A stretch of DNA of 63,317 nt, the filler included, from Rhabdomonas costata (Eukaryota): the NCBI GenBank assembly GCA_019059605.1. It is 36 parts of 36 records of this genome, joined end to end, with 100 filler letters (N's around TTAATTAATTAA, not from the genome) between each part and the next. Parts side by side here need not be neighbours in the genome. Positions count along the whole stretch, not along the records: positions 10,596 to 12,257 come from JAHMHO010011096.1; positions 12,358 to 14,019 come from JAHMHO010011097.1; positions 14,120 to 15,775 come from JAHMHO010011098.1; positions 15,876 to 17,537 come from JAHMHO010011099.1; positions 17,638 to 19,296 come from JAHMHO010011100.1; positions 19,397 to 21,058 come from JAHMHO010011101.1; positions 21,159 to 22,820 come from JAHMHO010011102.1; positions 22,921 to 24,582 come from JAHMHO010011103.1; 28 more parts are not named here. One strand, given 5' to 3'. This document shows, in pieces, positions 11,659 to 24,924 of the stretch (positions within the stretch are counted from its first letter, which is position 1; every line of letters starts with the position of its first letter). The notes beneath the pieces were generated by a model. It saw only the letters and a program-made list of their open reading frames with translations, ran no database searches and was not told the origin of the DNA. The position numbers and the translations under genes were made by a program.

Positions 11659-11929
11659 TCACGGGGTGTTGGGGCACTCTCTGAGAATGAAAGCCACCCA
11701 CCACTTCATCCACAGCTTGTTCAGGTTGAACATCTGCTTCGAGGCGGAGGCCCAGTACTCCTCCAGGCGTGCAGGGGTAAGCTTGTCCCAATCGTCGGTA
11801 AGCAGCACAGGAAGCCCAGCAAAGACGTCGGGCCGCATCGCGGTGTCCACTATGGGGACACGGCCCAGGTACAGGCTCTGCCACGTGCGGTAGGTGTCCA
11901 GGCCAAACCCGCCGGGCGACAAAACAAAC
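11659..11929 (-). CDS. Terminal exon of an exostosin-like (GT47) glycosyltransferase
   Basis: FVLSPGGFGLDTYRTWQSLYLGRVPIV...LPVLLTDDWDKLT..RLE...NLNKLWMKWW matches the F.L.P.G.G.D..R.W..L..G..P.. exostosin-like C-terminal pattern. AG acceptor at 11931-11930. Confidence 0.7.
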
Positions 11930-14900
11930 CTACGCTCCAGCACAACGCAAACATGCGCGCAAAACCACATACCCTCAAATCAGCAGCTAACATTTTTTCA
12001 CATAAATCCCTGGAGGTCTTTTCTGCCTGCAGCGAACCTTCGAATCTTCTACTGCTTCCTGGCCTCTTCCTGATCACTCCTCTGCTACTGAGAGGGAAAT
12101 CTTGAGAAACGTTGCATTAAACCACGGAACAAGGGAGCTCAACATTATGCGCTTCCCGAGTCTCTTATACAGATACGTACACATGCACACACACACACAC
12201 AGTGAGCAGGGTGTGAAGGATTTAACACTGGAACGGACACAGTCACTCAACAAAACCNNNNNNNNNNNNNNNNNNNNNNNNNNNNNNNNNNNNNNNNNNN
12301 NTTAATTAATTAANNNNNNNNNNNNNNNNNNNNNNNNNNNNNNNNNNNNNNNNNNNNGGGGGTTTTTGCATTGGACCACCACTGCGGACCATCCGGCTCG
12401 TATGGAGCTCGACCTTTCGTGTCGGCAAATGCAAAAACTCCCCCTTGTATTTCGCGGTCCCGTGCTCTAATCCGCTGTTTTTTTGGGGGAACCAGTCATC
12501 GGCATAATCGCCGTCAACGGGGGTATGCCGTAAAAAGTATCCCGGACAGCTGCGTGGAATGTCGGTGTTTTTGTTTATCGGCTTTATCGGATGTCGCGGT
12601 TGCTGTTTCGACATTCCTTTTTTTTTGCGCTTTTCAACAGCGTTCGGGCATTTAACCATCCCGCCGGGTTGGTGGTAACACGACCGGCTGCATCTAGCCA
12701 CGGGTTTGGTCGATTCAATCGTCAAGTCCACCCCCTTTTTTTGGCTACAAAGGCGTTGGTGAATTTTGCCGCGGAGCTTTTGCTTCATTGCAGCTTCTTC
12801 CACAAATATCCGCGGCACAAAGTACAAAAGAAAAGAAAAGAAAGCGAAATCGCCATCGCTTCTTATCCATCCACGTTTTGAGAGCACGATTTGCGCAATG
12901 GCTCGCGCCGGCGCGGTTGATGACAACGTTGCGAGCGAAAAAAGTTAGAATACCCAGAAAGCTGTATAATGAAAACCGACAACTGAAGTGGCACAACTGC
13001 TCACACCACCTTCGGTGGACAAGTCTCCCAGCGGATGCGGTAAAGAGGCGGTCGAGGTTGACTGCTGACCATCTCTTTCTTTCCAGCTAGGGATCTGATT
13101 TTTCTCCAACACACATTCCGCATTTCCCTTGTCCCGAGGTTTTTCATCACAAATTCCTCTGCGCATGCCTGCGTGTCTCGTCATTTTGTGTTGCCCAGGT
13201 TTTGGTGTACCACTTTGGCTCTGTTCGTTTGGTGCACCCTCTCCTGGCACATGGTTTTAGAGATACTTGCGATTCAACCTTTGTGTGTGGAGTTTGGGCT
13301 TTATGTGCACTGCTTCTGGTTCTGTGCTCGGTCAGTGGTAATCTGTGAAGGCAAGAAAAAGACATCAATGAACATGACAACAATTGAAACAAAGTTATGA
13401 GCCAACACAATGCAAAAGATCTGCGGAAAACACCTGTGAAAATTGGATCGCAAAAAAAGAGTGAAAAGTCCCACAGCAATACAAATATAATCTCATCCTT
13501 CATTGTTCTCTGCGGAGACTCGATGACTTCTCTTCCGCCCCAAAGTGGATCAGCGACCCAACCACCACCTACTTTTTGTACGCCACGACCTGCAAAAGCG
13601 CATTCTCGGCAAGAGTCACTGGGGCCAGCAGGATTCCCATGGGAAAGGGCAGGCCAAAAACATTTCCAAACCATCAAAACCATCACTTCTATGCTTCGGT
13701 CCACAATGCCATAAACAACCACCTAGATTTCGCAATTTTACAACAGGTTATCTACAAGTTTCCTCCGGTTGGAGGTTTGCCGGTCCGGCCCGGTCCGGTT
13801 GTCATCCTGGGTTCCCGTTCTTTTTCTTGCTCAAGTGGCGCTCCAATTATTATTTCCCAAAGGAAATCGCCCAAAGTCGTGCGGATGCCCACTTTGACCT
13901 AACTTGATAAAGTTCGGGGGGAAAGATGGCGGTGTGCGGGTCACCGCGCGGGTGGCTTCATCTTTTCTCCATGCGGGGACTTCCCGAAGCATCATCCCTT
14001 ACAGTGTTGCCACAAAAACNNNNNNNNNNNNNNNNNNNNNNNNNNNNNNNNNNNNNNNNNNNNTTAATTAATTAANNNNNNNNNNNNNNNNNNNNNNNNN
14101 NNNNNNNNNNNNNNNNNNNGGTGGGGAAAGTTCGATTTTTGTTTCCCTTCGCGGGAATCTTCTGCATCTTCCACGTTGCTCGATGCCGTCTTTACCGCGA
14201 CCTTGTCCTCCGCACTCGCCTGCGCCAAGGAAAAAGAACCGAGAATTGGGGCTAAAAAAGATTTGGTTCTAATGATCAAAAATTATCTTTCGCGTTGAAT
14301 TTCCCTCTATTAGAAACGCGGGGCGGAGTTATTTTTACCTCTTTGACTCGTTGACATTCTTTTGGTGACTGTTGTGAAACAGAATGCTGGCGCGTGTGGT
14401 GTCTTCCTGGTCTCTGCCACCATGCCTATTTTGGCTCTCTCTTTTGAGGTATTTCAACCAAACAGCCAGCGTTGATATGAAGGGCAACCGCTGCTTGTTC
14501 GCTGGAGCTGATTGTGGTGAGCCTTTGCGGCTGCTTTGCAAAGGAGAGCTTCCGCCGACCCGCAACTTTTCAACTTTAAGCAAATATAAAAACTCGAATT
14601 CTTTATAAAATGAACAAAGACACAAAAATACAAAAGAAACCAGCTTTTTTCTCCGCTTTCCGGGCCTGCCTGAGAGGGCCATTTTAAGAAGACTTGCGGC
14701 AGACAGAGCAGAAAATGAAAGAAACGCTGCAGGGAAGCTGGGAAGCACCCACACCTTCGAATCAAGAATCAAGAAGTCCAAAACTATTCCCGTGGAAATT
14801 TTTCCTGCATTAAAACACACTTTGAGCGGGCTATGGGCTGGGGCCAACGCGTTTGAACTCAACAGATGAAGAGAAAGCTTCCTCTTGAAGAAGCTAATTG

Positions 14901-15969
14901 TCGCACTTTATCCAACCCAAATCTTTTCATTCCACACTGAGTGTCTTTCACACCTATTTTCCTCGCCCCTGCCTTTTTAGAGCCGGAACGAGTACAATTC
15001 AAGAAACCGTTTGCGGAATCCCCCCCCCTCAGCACCTCTTCCCAAAAAAATGGGCATTTTTCTGTGCCGGTTCAGATTTCTCTTGAAATCAACTATTCGC
15101 TAGTCGCAGTCGCACTCCGCAAAGCGGTGGCTCGGCAGCTAGGGCAGCTTATTCACATGCCGGGGGCCTGTGGGTGTCACCATTTCCCGGCGATGAGCCG
15201 GACTCTTGACCGGTGGAGATGGACCCGTAAAGCCCCCGATCTCCCCCCATCTCTCATTGTAACGACAGCCTGTTAGTGAGTTCGCAGGTTGGTTGATGGG
15301 GTTTTGGTTTGTCCACGTGTTCGCATCTTCTTCGCCGTTTCACCGCGGTCCCTTCCCTTTCACTCGCGTATTCTTTGTTTTTTTTTGTGAGTCCGCTATT
15401 AGCGAGCGGAATTAGAGACCGCCTGGGCGGATCCCGCCTTTTCCATTTCCGGTGACATTGAACAAGCTCGCAGGGCCGGGGGTGCGCGACGACCCAAAGC
15501 GAGCTTTCAAAAGAAAAAACAAGCCCCCACAAAAAAAATCAACTATTTTGCAATGCAATCGAAATTTTTCCTCTCCGTCTGTGCCCTTTTCTATCCCTTT
15601 TTCTGAACTTTCGCCGTCAAAAAGCACGTTCTTTGTGTAAAAACTCACATTTTAAAGGCGCTTAACTTCTTTTCTAATTGTGGACAAGGTTTCCCTGCTT
15701 ATTGTTTTGTTTCAACAAAATGCTAAGATTCCATTTCCGACGTATCTTTTTATAAGCCGAATATGCCAAACAACCNNNNNNNNNNNNNNNNNNNNNNNNN
15801 NNNNNNNNNNNNNNNNNNNTTAATTAATTAANNNNNNNNNNNNNNNNNNNNNNNNNNNNNNNNNNNNNNNNNNNNGTTGTGTTTGAATACCAGGCTTTGC
15901 AATGTCTGCGCAATTTTTTGGTCTTCTCCTTCACATAAAATGCAAAATATGATGAGATGGCATGGGGTT

Positions 15970-16141
15970 CCTTCATCTGTGGAGCCAGGATATTTTGTCC
16001 GCGTCACCTCAAAAAGATACAACCGAAAAAAGTGCACTCTAAATCAGGCATTTTCGGACTTAAGCTAAATTGGGTGTTGAAAAGTTTCGACCTGGACCTT
16101 CGTTGTGTGCCCCCCCCCTCTTACTTTTGAGATGACGATGG
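15970..16141. repeat. MITE-like repeat, same family as 9720-9998
   Basis: The reverse complement matches the 9720-9998 unit. It has inverted ends CGTCACCTCAAAAG ... CTTTTGAGATGACG. Confidence 0.55.
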
Positions 16142-16349
16142 CCATATTACAGCAATGATAGGCGATTGTTTTAGAGCCAGCTGCTTTTTGGTTTTCTCGG
16201 TAAACACGGAACCCTCACCTGAGAACCCCTCGAATTCTCCGGAGTAGTACCGGTATTATCGGTAGAGGTGGCATACGCTGAAGTTTCTCACCAGAGCTTC
16301 GAGCTTTTTCTCGAGTACGCAAAGCTTATGGGACCCCTCCCACGCACAG

Positions 16350-16475
16350 GTATCGATTATCTCTTACATGGGGAACGTCAACGTCGGCCTAGTGGCTGAC
16401 AAGGCCCAGGTCCCCGACATCAGCGTGCTTTCGCAGTGCTTTGTGGAGGAGTGGGAGGAGATGACAAAGCTGTAA
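16350..16475 (+). CDS. Terminal exon of a wax ester synthase/diacylglycerol acyltransferase (WS/DGAT)
   Basis: A cag acceptor precedes VSIISYMGNVNVGLVADKAQVPDISVLSQCFVEEWEEMTKL*, matching the WS/DGAT C-terminal pattern SY.G....G...D...VPD...L...F.EE..E. The exon is too short for the ORF track. Confidence 0.75.
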   Translation, partial: VSIISYMGNVNVGLVADKAQVPDISVLSQCFVEEWEEMTKL

Positions 16476-18595
16476 CTTCAGAATGCCTCTCTGTGATGAG
16501 CGGAGACAAGGATGTTGCCATTTTGGAACACAAGGCAAGCCGGGTTCTCTTCAGGGTGGGTTTTCCGCTGTTTTCTCGTGACTCCGCTTTGGCCGGTTTG
16601 GTCGGTCATATGTACACTTGCTCATTGTGCCTTAGGACTCTCAGGACGAGGGGACAGAAGGAAAAGCGCTGATCCGCGGTTTTTCTGGATTCCTCATCTT
16701 CTTATCGGTTGCAAGAGATGTTTTTACCGAGGGAGGAATTTGCACACAAGGCCACTTCCTCTCCGAGTCCCACAGGAGCGTCTGTTATCTTTCTCACTGT
16801 TCTTACAATACTTTGTTTCCTGCTTGAGCCCCCAGGAGAGGATTTTGCTTTGAGGCTTGAGAGCAGAGATTTGTGTTTGTGTAGCACCACCCTGTGAAAC
16901 GCACGGTGATGCTTGCTGCGCCTCAAGGGCCGCTGCTGCGATATCTGGGGTTTATCACTGCTTTCTCGAGAAGCTCCGGTGAATGGGCCGAGGTTGGCGA
17001 CAAACTCCGCTGGAGGTTAGGCCAAGCGGAACACTGAAGGCACTGTTTCCCAGAGTGGCCATTGAATTGAGCTGTTGTAATTCCGATGTTGCGTTCAGTG
17101 CCTTCCTGTCCCAAGCACGGAGCTTGCTGGGGAAAGAAAGAACGTGAAGACCTTTTCTGCAGGTTCTCATATTCCTTCGATTCCCACCCCCGCACGGCGA
17201 TTTTTGGTCCAGCGCGCCGGAATGCCGCGGTTGCAGTGTCAGAGGAGAGTGTTAGAGGTAGGGGGGGAGGCGATTATAATCATGATTATCAGTGGTTATC
17301 ATGACAGTGATAAAAATGGTATTCACCTCAGCTTTTCATTGGTCTCTTCACATCTCTGGCACTTTGCCACGTGAGTCGTATTTAGGTGTAGCAGGGGGTT
17401 AGTATATTGTGTATCTTCTGAACAACCCAACCCTACAGCACCTTTGGGCCCTCCTGGGTCCACCTATTCCTGAACCATGTCCAGGGTTCAAGATCGCCGT
17501 CTAATACCCGCCATCGCATAAAGGTCTCCACACCAACNNNNNNNNNNNNNNNNNNNNNNNNNNNNNNNNNNNNNNNNNNNNTTAATTAATTAANNNNNNN
17601 NNNNNNNNNNNNNNNNNNNNNNNNNNNNNNNNNNNNNCCTTTCTTTTGTAGGTGGGTGTGAGCGAAGAGAAAGAATCAGAGAGTGAGGGATGGGGAAGAC
17701 CTGCACCGTGTGTGGGGATGAGCGTTGAGGGGTCGTTCGACACATCACTTTGACTCTCATTTTCCGCGGCCTCTACCTCCTTTTCATCGCCATCGCGAAT
17801 GCCTCTCCCAGGAGGGAGGGGCGATTCTGTTGTACAACCATTGCTCTGCGAATCGCTTTTCTTTTTCCGCGAGCAATGGGATTCTCTTTCGACATTCCTT
17901 TTGTTCTGAAGGCCCCTTTCCCTTGAGTTTCTCGGGGGGGACGTTCTTCAGCACGCTTGGGCTTCAACCTTGTTTGGTTTGTGGGCCTCGGTATGCCTTC
18001 TGGCATTGAGGCGAACACACACACACACTCTCTCTCTCATTTCTCTCCCGGTATCATTCTCATTTGGGCAAAGTAGATTCAGAGGCAGATGAAGGCTTTC
18101 CTGTCTGCGTCGCCTGAACTCGCGCCGATCTGGAGTCTTTCGACTCCTTTTCGATGCAGCTCGATCGGCATCTCGCCGATTACTGAGCACAGTCTAAAGT
18201 TTTCTACGATCCGCTTTGACTGCTCTCTTTCTCGCCGCCTTTCTTTTCCCTTCCACAACTTCTCCGCCGCCTTCACCGCGGGCCTTTCTCTTTACCGGTG
18301 TATTGTACACTCTTGTCCTCGCATCGTCGCTAGTGTTGACTTTTGGGCATTGTCTTTCCAGCTCTGGTATAGTGTGGCCGCGTATTCTTGGGCCCTGTTT
18401 CGGACGGCAGAACTGCAGTGGCTTGTGGCCAGCAGCACGATCATCATCAGCAGGCAGTTATTCTAAAGCGAACAACACCCAAAAGTGAGCGCGCAGCAAA
18501 TCCAATAATTTTAGGTTTTTTTGCGGCGACTTTTAACCTACGTCCATCTGAAGTTGGCTTTATGCATTATACCAGGGGAGCCAAAAGATTTCAGC

Positions 18596-18870
18596 TTATG
18601 ATGTATACTGCTGCACAGCTTGGATGATGTCAGCAAACTTCAGTTGCCGGGTCGACCGCCTGGGCAATGAGACGTCAAAGAGCTTAGGTCGTGTCTTCGC
18701 CTCCCCTGTCGCCACCAACTGGGCAGGCGGGCATCTGGCTTGGTACTCCGCCTGTAAATTCATACCCGAAAATTTTGTGTGTATTTGAACCCCTTACTCC
18801 AAGCTCTGCCTCTTCCCAATTAATACAGACCGGGCATGTGGCCTGTGAAACTGCCGATGAGACCGCCTGT
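18596..18870 (-). CDS. Last two exons of a hypothetical protein
   Basis: Removing a 46-nt GTAAG...TACAG intron (18797-18752) joins CPVCINWEEAELG in frame to AEYQARCPP...FADIIQAVQQYTS*. Confidence 0.4.
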
Positions 18871-19495
18871 TGAAGTGTCCGGAATGGGTTCCCGCGGCCG
18901 TTGGCCCTCCTTATCTGCGAAGTTTCCATGCCAGGCGGGTGGCCATAATGTTGTCCTGGTGCTAAAGATAACAGTTCGAGCCTCACTTGCATCTGGACTT
19001 GGACTTCACCGCGCAAAGTTGGCCTTATTTCCAACGCTGCCCGCCGTTTATGGTGAAAAGGCAACCAAGAAGCGACTTTTGGTTTCGGGGGAGGTGGTTT
19101 GGAAAAAAGGATTGAATGTGATTAAGTGGCCCCGGTATGTTATGCTATGCCCGTGCGATGCATTCCTGCAGGGTTAGACCATCCCTTTTTCCGGGCGGCT
19201 CCCCACCACTACCGCAATGCCCTCTCTGCTGACAGCCGCCCTTCTGGTGGCGGTCGCCCTTCTTCCGCCAAGCATGGGCTCGTCCTACAACACCACNNNN
19301 NNNNNNNNNNNNNNNNNNNNNNNNNNNNNNNNNNNNNNNNTTAATTAATTAANNNNNNNNNNNNNNNNNNNNNNNNNNNNNNNNNNNNNNNNNNNNTGTG
19401 GGGTGTGGGCACACAGACGGGACAAAGGCCCTGCTGCGAAAGGTTAACGTCAGGTTTGGTAATTCTTTAGGCTGAGATTGTGAGTTGGGATGTTC

Positions 19496-19524
19496 TGGTG
19501 GTGGTGGTGGTGGTGGTGGTGGTG
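19496..19524 (+). repeat. (TGG)n trinucleotide microsatellite
   Basis: Read directly from the sequence. Confidence 0.9.
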
Positions 19525-20047
19525 AGGTGAGATGGAAAAAGGTACTCTTCTCTTTCCCGGGTACATAGTGGAGGTGCAGTCCCAGTTGACGTGGCTGAAA
19601 AACTGTTCGTACGCAACATTGATATGGGGGGGGCGGACCCTTTGGTTGGTAGGTGTTTGGAAAACGTTCTGTTTCTGCTGTCGTGCAACGCCGCCCTCTC
19701 TTTCTCGGGTCATCGTTCTTTCCCTGGTGTGGCTAGTTTGTTTGCTTTTTTTTTTGCTCCCCTACCTCCTGTTTTTTTTTGGAAAAAAAAAGGAAGTTTG
19801 GCACCCTAAAAATAGCATCCCACCAAGGTGGGTGACGACTTTCGTTTGCAGGGCAGTGAAAAACGGGGCAGTGTTATGCATGCTCCATGGGAGAGGTTAT
19901 TCATCTCTTGATGGGTTAAAGTGCGATGCGCGTGTCCCCCAGTACTTGATATTATATGTGCCTCACTTTGAAAAGTGAGAGTGAGCTTCCTGACAACCTC
20001 GGGTTGGTTTTTTACTTTTTTTCGGGACACGTTCATGCTTGCAACAG

Positions 20048-20864
20048 GCCGGCGTCACCGCCCCCACCCGTGGTATCGCCCAAGGAGAAGTTCGCGCAGA
20101 CCTTCTCTGGCACCGGGGTCAGCCCCGCGTCGGGCAGATCCGGAGCTACGGTGGCCGGCGGGCGGGCCCGTGGAGGGGAGGGCATGTCCGGTATGGGAGT
20201 CTCGGGGCAGACTCTCTCCGCAGCTCAGCTGGTGGAGATGGCGGACATCCCGTTTTCCACGTACACCCCCAAGGTGTGGTTTCTTTGTGCGTACGTGTTG
20301 ATTCGGTATGAATTTGAATTCGAATTGAATTGAATTTGAGCAAGAACTGAGCTGAGGCGGTTACGAGCATTGCCACATCCGAACCTGACAGCAGGCTGTG
20401 ACTGTTTGCCTTGGATAGTGGATTCCGTTTCCTGATAGAGAGAAACATAGCGCAGAGCTCTCCCTCCCTCTCCCTCTCTTTGGCACAAAAGGGTATATTC
20501 TTTTCGCGCGAACCTTTGATTTTTGCAACAGCCGTCCAAAGTGTTGCCAAAAAAAGAAACAGGGGGAAAGTATAGTATTCGTTGTCTTTCGCGAAGCTTC
20601 AGTCATAGTTTTCCATTGAGAAAAGCCAATCCTCGTTGTGTTCAAAAATCTTATATGATCCACACTGTTGATGTTGGGGCAGTTTTCATTTTTCTCCCGG
20701 GGCACACACCACAGCAATACCCCAGAGTGCAGCCCGTGGATGACGGTGGCACACCAGCGTCTGACGACTCCCCGTACACGTTGGTGGTGAAGAAGCCCCC
20801 GATGATCGGGCCGCCCAAGCTGGTTCGCGCCCGGGCCAGCTTTGTCAACCCCACCTTGCTCGAG
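20048..20864 (+). CDS. Two exons of a hypothetical protein (20048-20273, 20715-20864)
   Basis: Both GC-rich exons are AG/GT-bounded and join in phase: ...ADIPFSTYTPK|QYPRVQPVDDGG...SFVNPTLLE. Confidence 0.55.
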
Positions 20865-21968
20865 GTGTGGTTCTGCGCTGCACCCCCCTGGAGTGCAGTG
20901 TATTTGTCTTCGACCACCCTTTCCCTGCCCACCCCACCATATCAGGGTTTGCCTGCTGCCACGACTCGACTTCTTCTGCCTTTCCTGAATACCGCTGTGC
21001 GGCTGTCTGCTCGGATCAACCGACTGGCAAGATGCCGTCCTTTGGGGAACAAAAAAACNNNNNNNNNNNNNNNNNNNNNNNNNNNNNNNNNNNNNNNNNN
21101 NNTTAATTAATTAANNNNNNNNNNNNNNNNNNNNNNNNNNNNNNNNNNNNNNNNNNNNGTTGTGTGGGGAGCATGGCTGACAGTGGTTACTCCGTTAACA
21201 TGGGTTGGATAGTAAAACTTTTTGACAGCGAGAAGGCCCAGGACAGCTGCCAGAATGCCCACAATCGCAAGGTGGGTTTTCATTCCAGCAAAAAAAGAAC
21301 GGCAACTTCAAAACCGAGAGCCTGGAAAAGAAACTTTGATTTCGTTTTCTCACGAAATGTGGAACATCTCCCTCTCTTTCATTCTCAGAGCGTAGTAACT
21401 TCGCAAATAAGTGGAAACCAGTTCATTTGGAATTCAAGGGGGGCGATGGGGTGCGAACAAGGTTTGGGGAAAAATCATTGCCACTGCTTGCTCAACAACT
21501 GGCAACTATCACAGTAACCATTGTCATTCCCCTCGCCAACGTCAATTGCTTTCTCTCGTAAAGAATTCTGAATGAGAATAAGAATAAATTTTGGGTAAGT
21601 CGGGACACTGTTTCTGCCAGGGGTTCTTGGGGGGTTTTCTTTAAAGCAGCAACTTTCTGAAGCCTGGTCGCTGGGATTTCAACTTGCACCAATGCTTGGG
21701 CAGGATGTCAATTTAGGGTGAGGTGAACTTGGCCACACGAAGGCAAGGGCCAGCAGCTCACTGGCATGCCCAGCACTTTGCCTGAATTCCTTCACCATTT
21801 CCGTGCGACAGGGAGTGAGTTTTTGCGGAGGACAACGTGAAACAAGCTGTACAGTACTTCTTCCACAGAACAGCACGCTCTGTGTTGATGCAACACAGGC
21901 CTGCTAAAATTCAGTCCTTGAATTCGTTCATGCACAACCAAACCTCAAGTCGCCAGCAATTCGTCGAC

Positions 21969-22130
21969 CTATTTTTTGCGCTGACCAGTGCCACCCGAAC
22001 CCGCCTGCTTCGAACCGGCTTTCTCTTTCGCAACCTCGGGGTCATCCTTCTCGGACTCCTCTCCCTCTTCCTCTTCCTCCAGATCATCCTCCTCATAGTC
22101 GTCATCATCATCGCCTTCACTGTCCAGCTT
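21969..22130 (-). CDS. Terminal exon encoding an acidic low-complexity tail
   Basis: An AG acceptor precedes KLDSEGDDDDYEEDDLEEEEEGEESEKDDPEVAKEKAG...QRKK*. Confidence 0.5.
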   Translation of the reverse strand, partial: KLDSEGDDDDDYEEDDLEEEEEGEESEKDDPEVAKEKAGSKQAGSGGTGQRKK

Positions 22131-24924
22131 CTACGTCACGAAAGAAGCAACAGGGCACGAGGGGTTTCTTTGATACTTCTCGCTCATCAAACTGCAGCCG
22201 TGAAACGAAATCTTACAGACGACAGAACCTCCGCGACCAAGGCCGCAGTTGAGCAGTCCGCAACCTTTCTCCGCTTGGAAGACGGTGCACCTGTTCAGCG
22301 AGAAGGAGGGAGGGAATCCCAACAGTCCAAGACTGGATCTTCAGATGATTATACATGCACCCCAACTTAGTCCTGCAGAACGTCACCCCCTTAAACACAA
22401 TTTTCAGCTCAGTCAGCGTCTGCTCCAAATCGATTCCTGTGGAGAAGAAGGGCACAAAGCATAAGTTACAGCCTACACCTTGAGTTTTACATTTACTCCC
22501 TGAAAACGAACGCGGTACAAAAAAGCCAAACGACCAAAAAAGGCTCAGGAAGGCATTTCAAAACGTTTACGACGACCATCACTAGGAAAAGCAGCCGCAA
22601 TATTAAAACCGAAGTTTTCGCAAAGCATTGAAAAGAACACGAGCAAGAGAATGTGTCAAACCCCAAATCGTGTGGAAAGTTAGCGAGGCAAAAATGAATG
22701 GCGCTGAAGGGTGACCGTATCCAAATGTTCAAAACGAAAGTATCATCGCCCATCCCATGAAACGTCCCAACCCATCCGCCCGCCCATTCCGCCACGGCGC
22801 TTGCCTATGGAAAAACACCCNNNNNNNNNNNNNNNNNNNNNNNNNNNNNNNNNNNNNNNNNNNNTTAATTAATTAANNNNNNNNNNNNNNNNNNNNNNNN
22901 NNNNNNNNNNNNNNNNNNNNTATGCGCCCATAGGTTACTGGCCTCGTGAGCATTGTCCTTGTTGTATTTGTGTGTGAGTGTAATGTAGATACAATGACCA
23001 TTAGCCAGAGAGGGCGTGTGACATAAAGGGATCAGCAACAAGCACATCGACAGCAACCACATCCACTCACAGCGCAGTGAACTTGTCCTCAAACTCACGA
23101 CTCACCTGGCACTCACCCTCACCTGTTTTTCGCGAGCAAAAAAATTCACCAGGAAACTGTTGCCGTTCAGACCATTGCGGATGGTGCAGTGAGATGTACG
23201 TGCGGGGAATTTTTCGCCCGGCAGCAGTGCAGCAGCAGGAACCCAGCAAAAAGCGCCTCTTCACTTGTGCAGAATGATACGGTCCTTCATACACAAGGTA
23301 TATAAGGTGTGCCTACATACATGGCATACAATATATAACCCTAACACCTAACTCTACAAGGTATACTAGATTTTCACAGTACACACGGAATACAAGGTAA
23401 ACAAGATGTGCCTCCTCAGAGATGGATAATGTGACAACTGCGTGACTTTTTAGCTGATCCAGGTGTTGAAGCTGCATCGGCCTTCTGGAAGTTGGAGTGC
23501 GAGGTTGGGGTGTCCCCCTTCCGACACAAAAGCAGCTGAAGCGCGTGGAAAAGGGAGAGGAGGAAAGGGAAAAGCGAGGCAGGGATTTTGATTAGTGAAG
23601 TGACGTGTAATCTTTTGATTTGGGTTCAATAGTGCGAGGCATACACGCTTTGCTTGACCACGTTCGCCTTTACGATACATATTTGGTCACACTGAGCTTT
23701 ACGAGGTTCAGTACAGGGTGCAACTATAGCTGCATCCTGCTGGGAGACGTACCCAGAGCTGCTGGAAGAGCAGCAGCAGCAGCTCCCCAGGCGGAGAAGA
23801 AGCTTGAGCTCCGGCCAGGCTGAGCAGCAGCTGGGCCAGCCCGCGGCCAATGGAAAGCTCCGCGGAGTTCCCACTGAGAGCCCCAAAGCCCAAGCTGTCC
23901 ACGAGATGCGTCACCGTGTCGACGTACTCTGCAATCTCCGAGCCTGTCGTTGGGGCAGGCGAGGACTGGAGGGACGGGGCAACTAGCAGTGGTGTTGGAG
24001 GGATTTAGATGATTTAGATGGGGTGAGAAGGTCGCGCGGCAAGCGCGAAACAACCATGTGAGCAGAAAAGGAAGAAAGAACGCAAGCAATAGGAAGGAAG
24101 ACGACCTACCTTCCCTCTTATCCACGCTCGTTTCGTTTCGTTTACCGGACAATTTAAATTCGGAACTGAGGAATGAGAGGATGCCCACCCTACTTTGGCC
24201 GCCAATTCGCTAGAACAAACAGGCAGAGAGCCACGCTGCGAGTACATTGCCTCCCAACTCTTAGGTTCGGACAAATGGTGGCCGACGGAAACCGCCCCCC
24301 ATGCCCCATAGAAGTCTCTATCACAGGTGCAGTGAGGAAGCTGAAAAGCTGAAAAGTGATTCCGTATGCAAAACTGAACTCAAAACTGAAGTGGACACGA
24401 CTTAGGGTGTAAATGTCAATGACCGACTCGCACGTGCCTGCGGCTTGCACGACTGCTGCGAGGGAGTGCAGGGCGACTGCCTGGGCCCCGGTGGCGGAGA
24501 CAGGTCCCGCTCTCTCCGCAGAGGACTCCTTGTGCTTAGGCTGCACCACCCACAGAAAAAAGCTTATCACCTCAAAAAACAANNNNNNNNNNNNNNNNNN
24601 NNNNNNNNNNNNNNNNNNNNNNNNNNTTAATTAATTAANNNNNNNNNNNNNNNNNNNNNNNNNNNNNNNNNNNNNNNNNNNNTTTTTTTGCGGAAGCCTG
24701 CAAAACTTCCATCGCGCATGCGCACACATTTCGTGGTGTATTCGCTTATTGGCTTTTCTTTTTGTTTCTGCCGAAAGGCGCTGCTGTTTGTTCTACATCG
24801 CTTTTCGCAGCTGCAATGCCATCTTCGGAAGCGAATGTTTGTGTGCGCGGCATTTCTTCTATGTCGCCTTTTTTGTCTTCGATCTTTCTTTTTTTTTCAC
24901 GTCACCTGTTTTCTCGGTTCACAG

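Noticed and set aside
21837..22370. Plus-strand 177-aa ORF with a long hydrophobic segment as a membrane protein
   Set aside because: The hydrophobic run is the antisense of the acidic D/E-rich exon on the minus strand.
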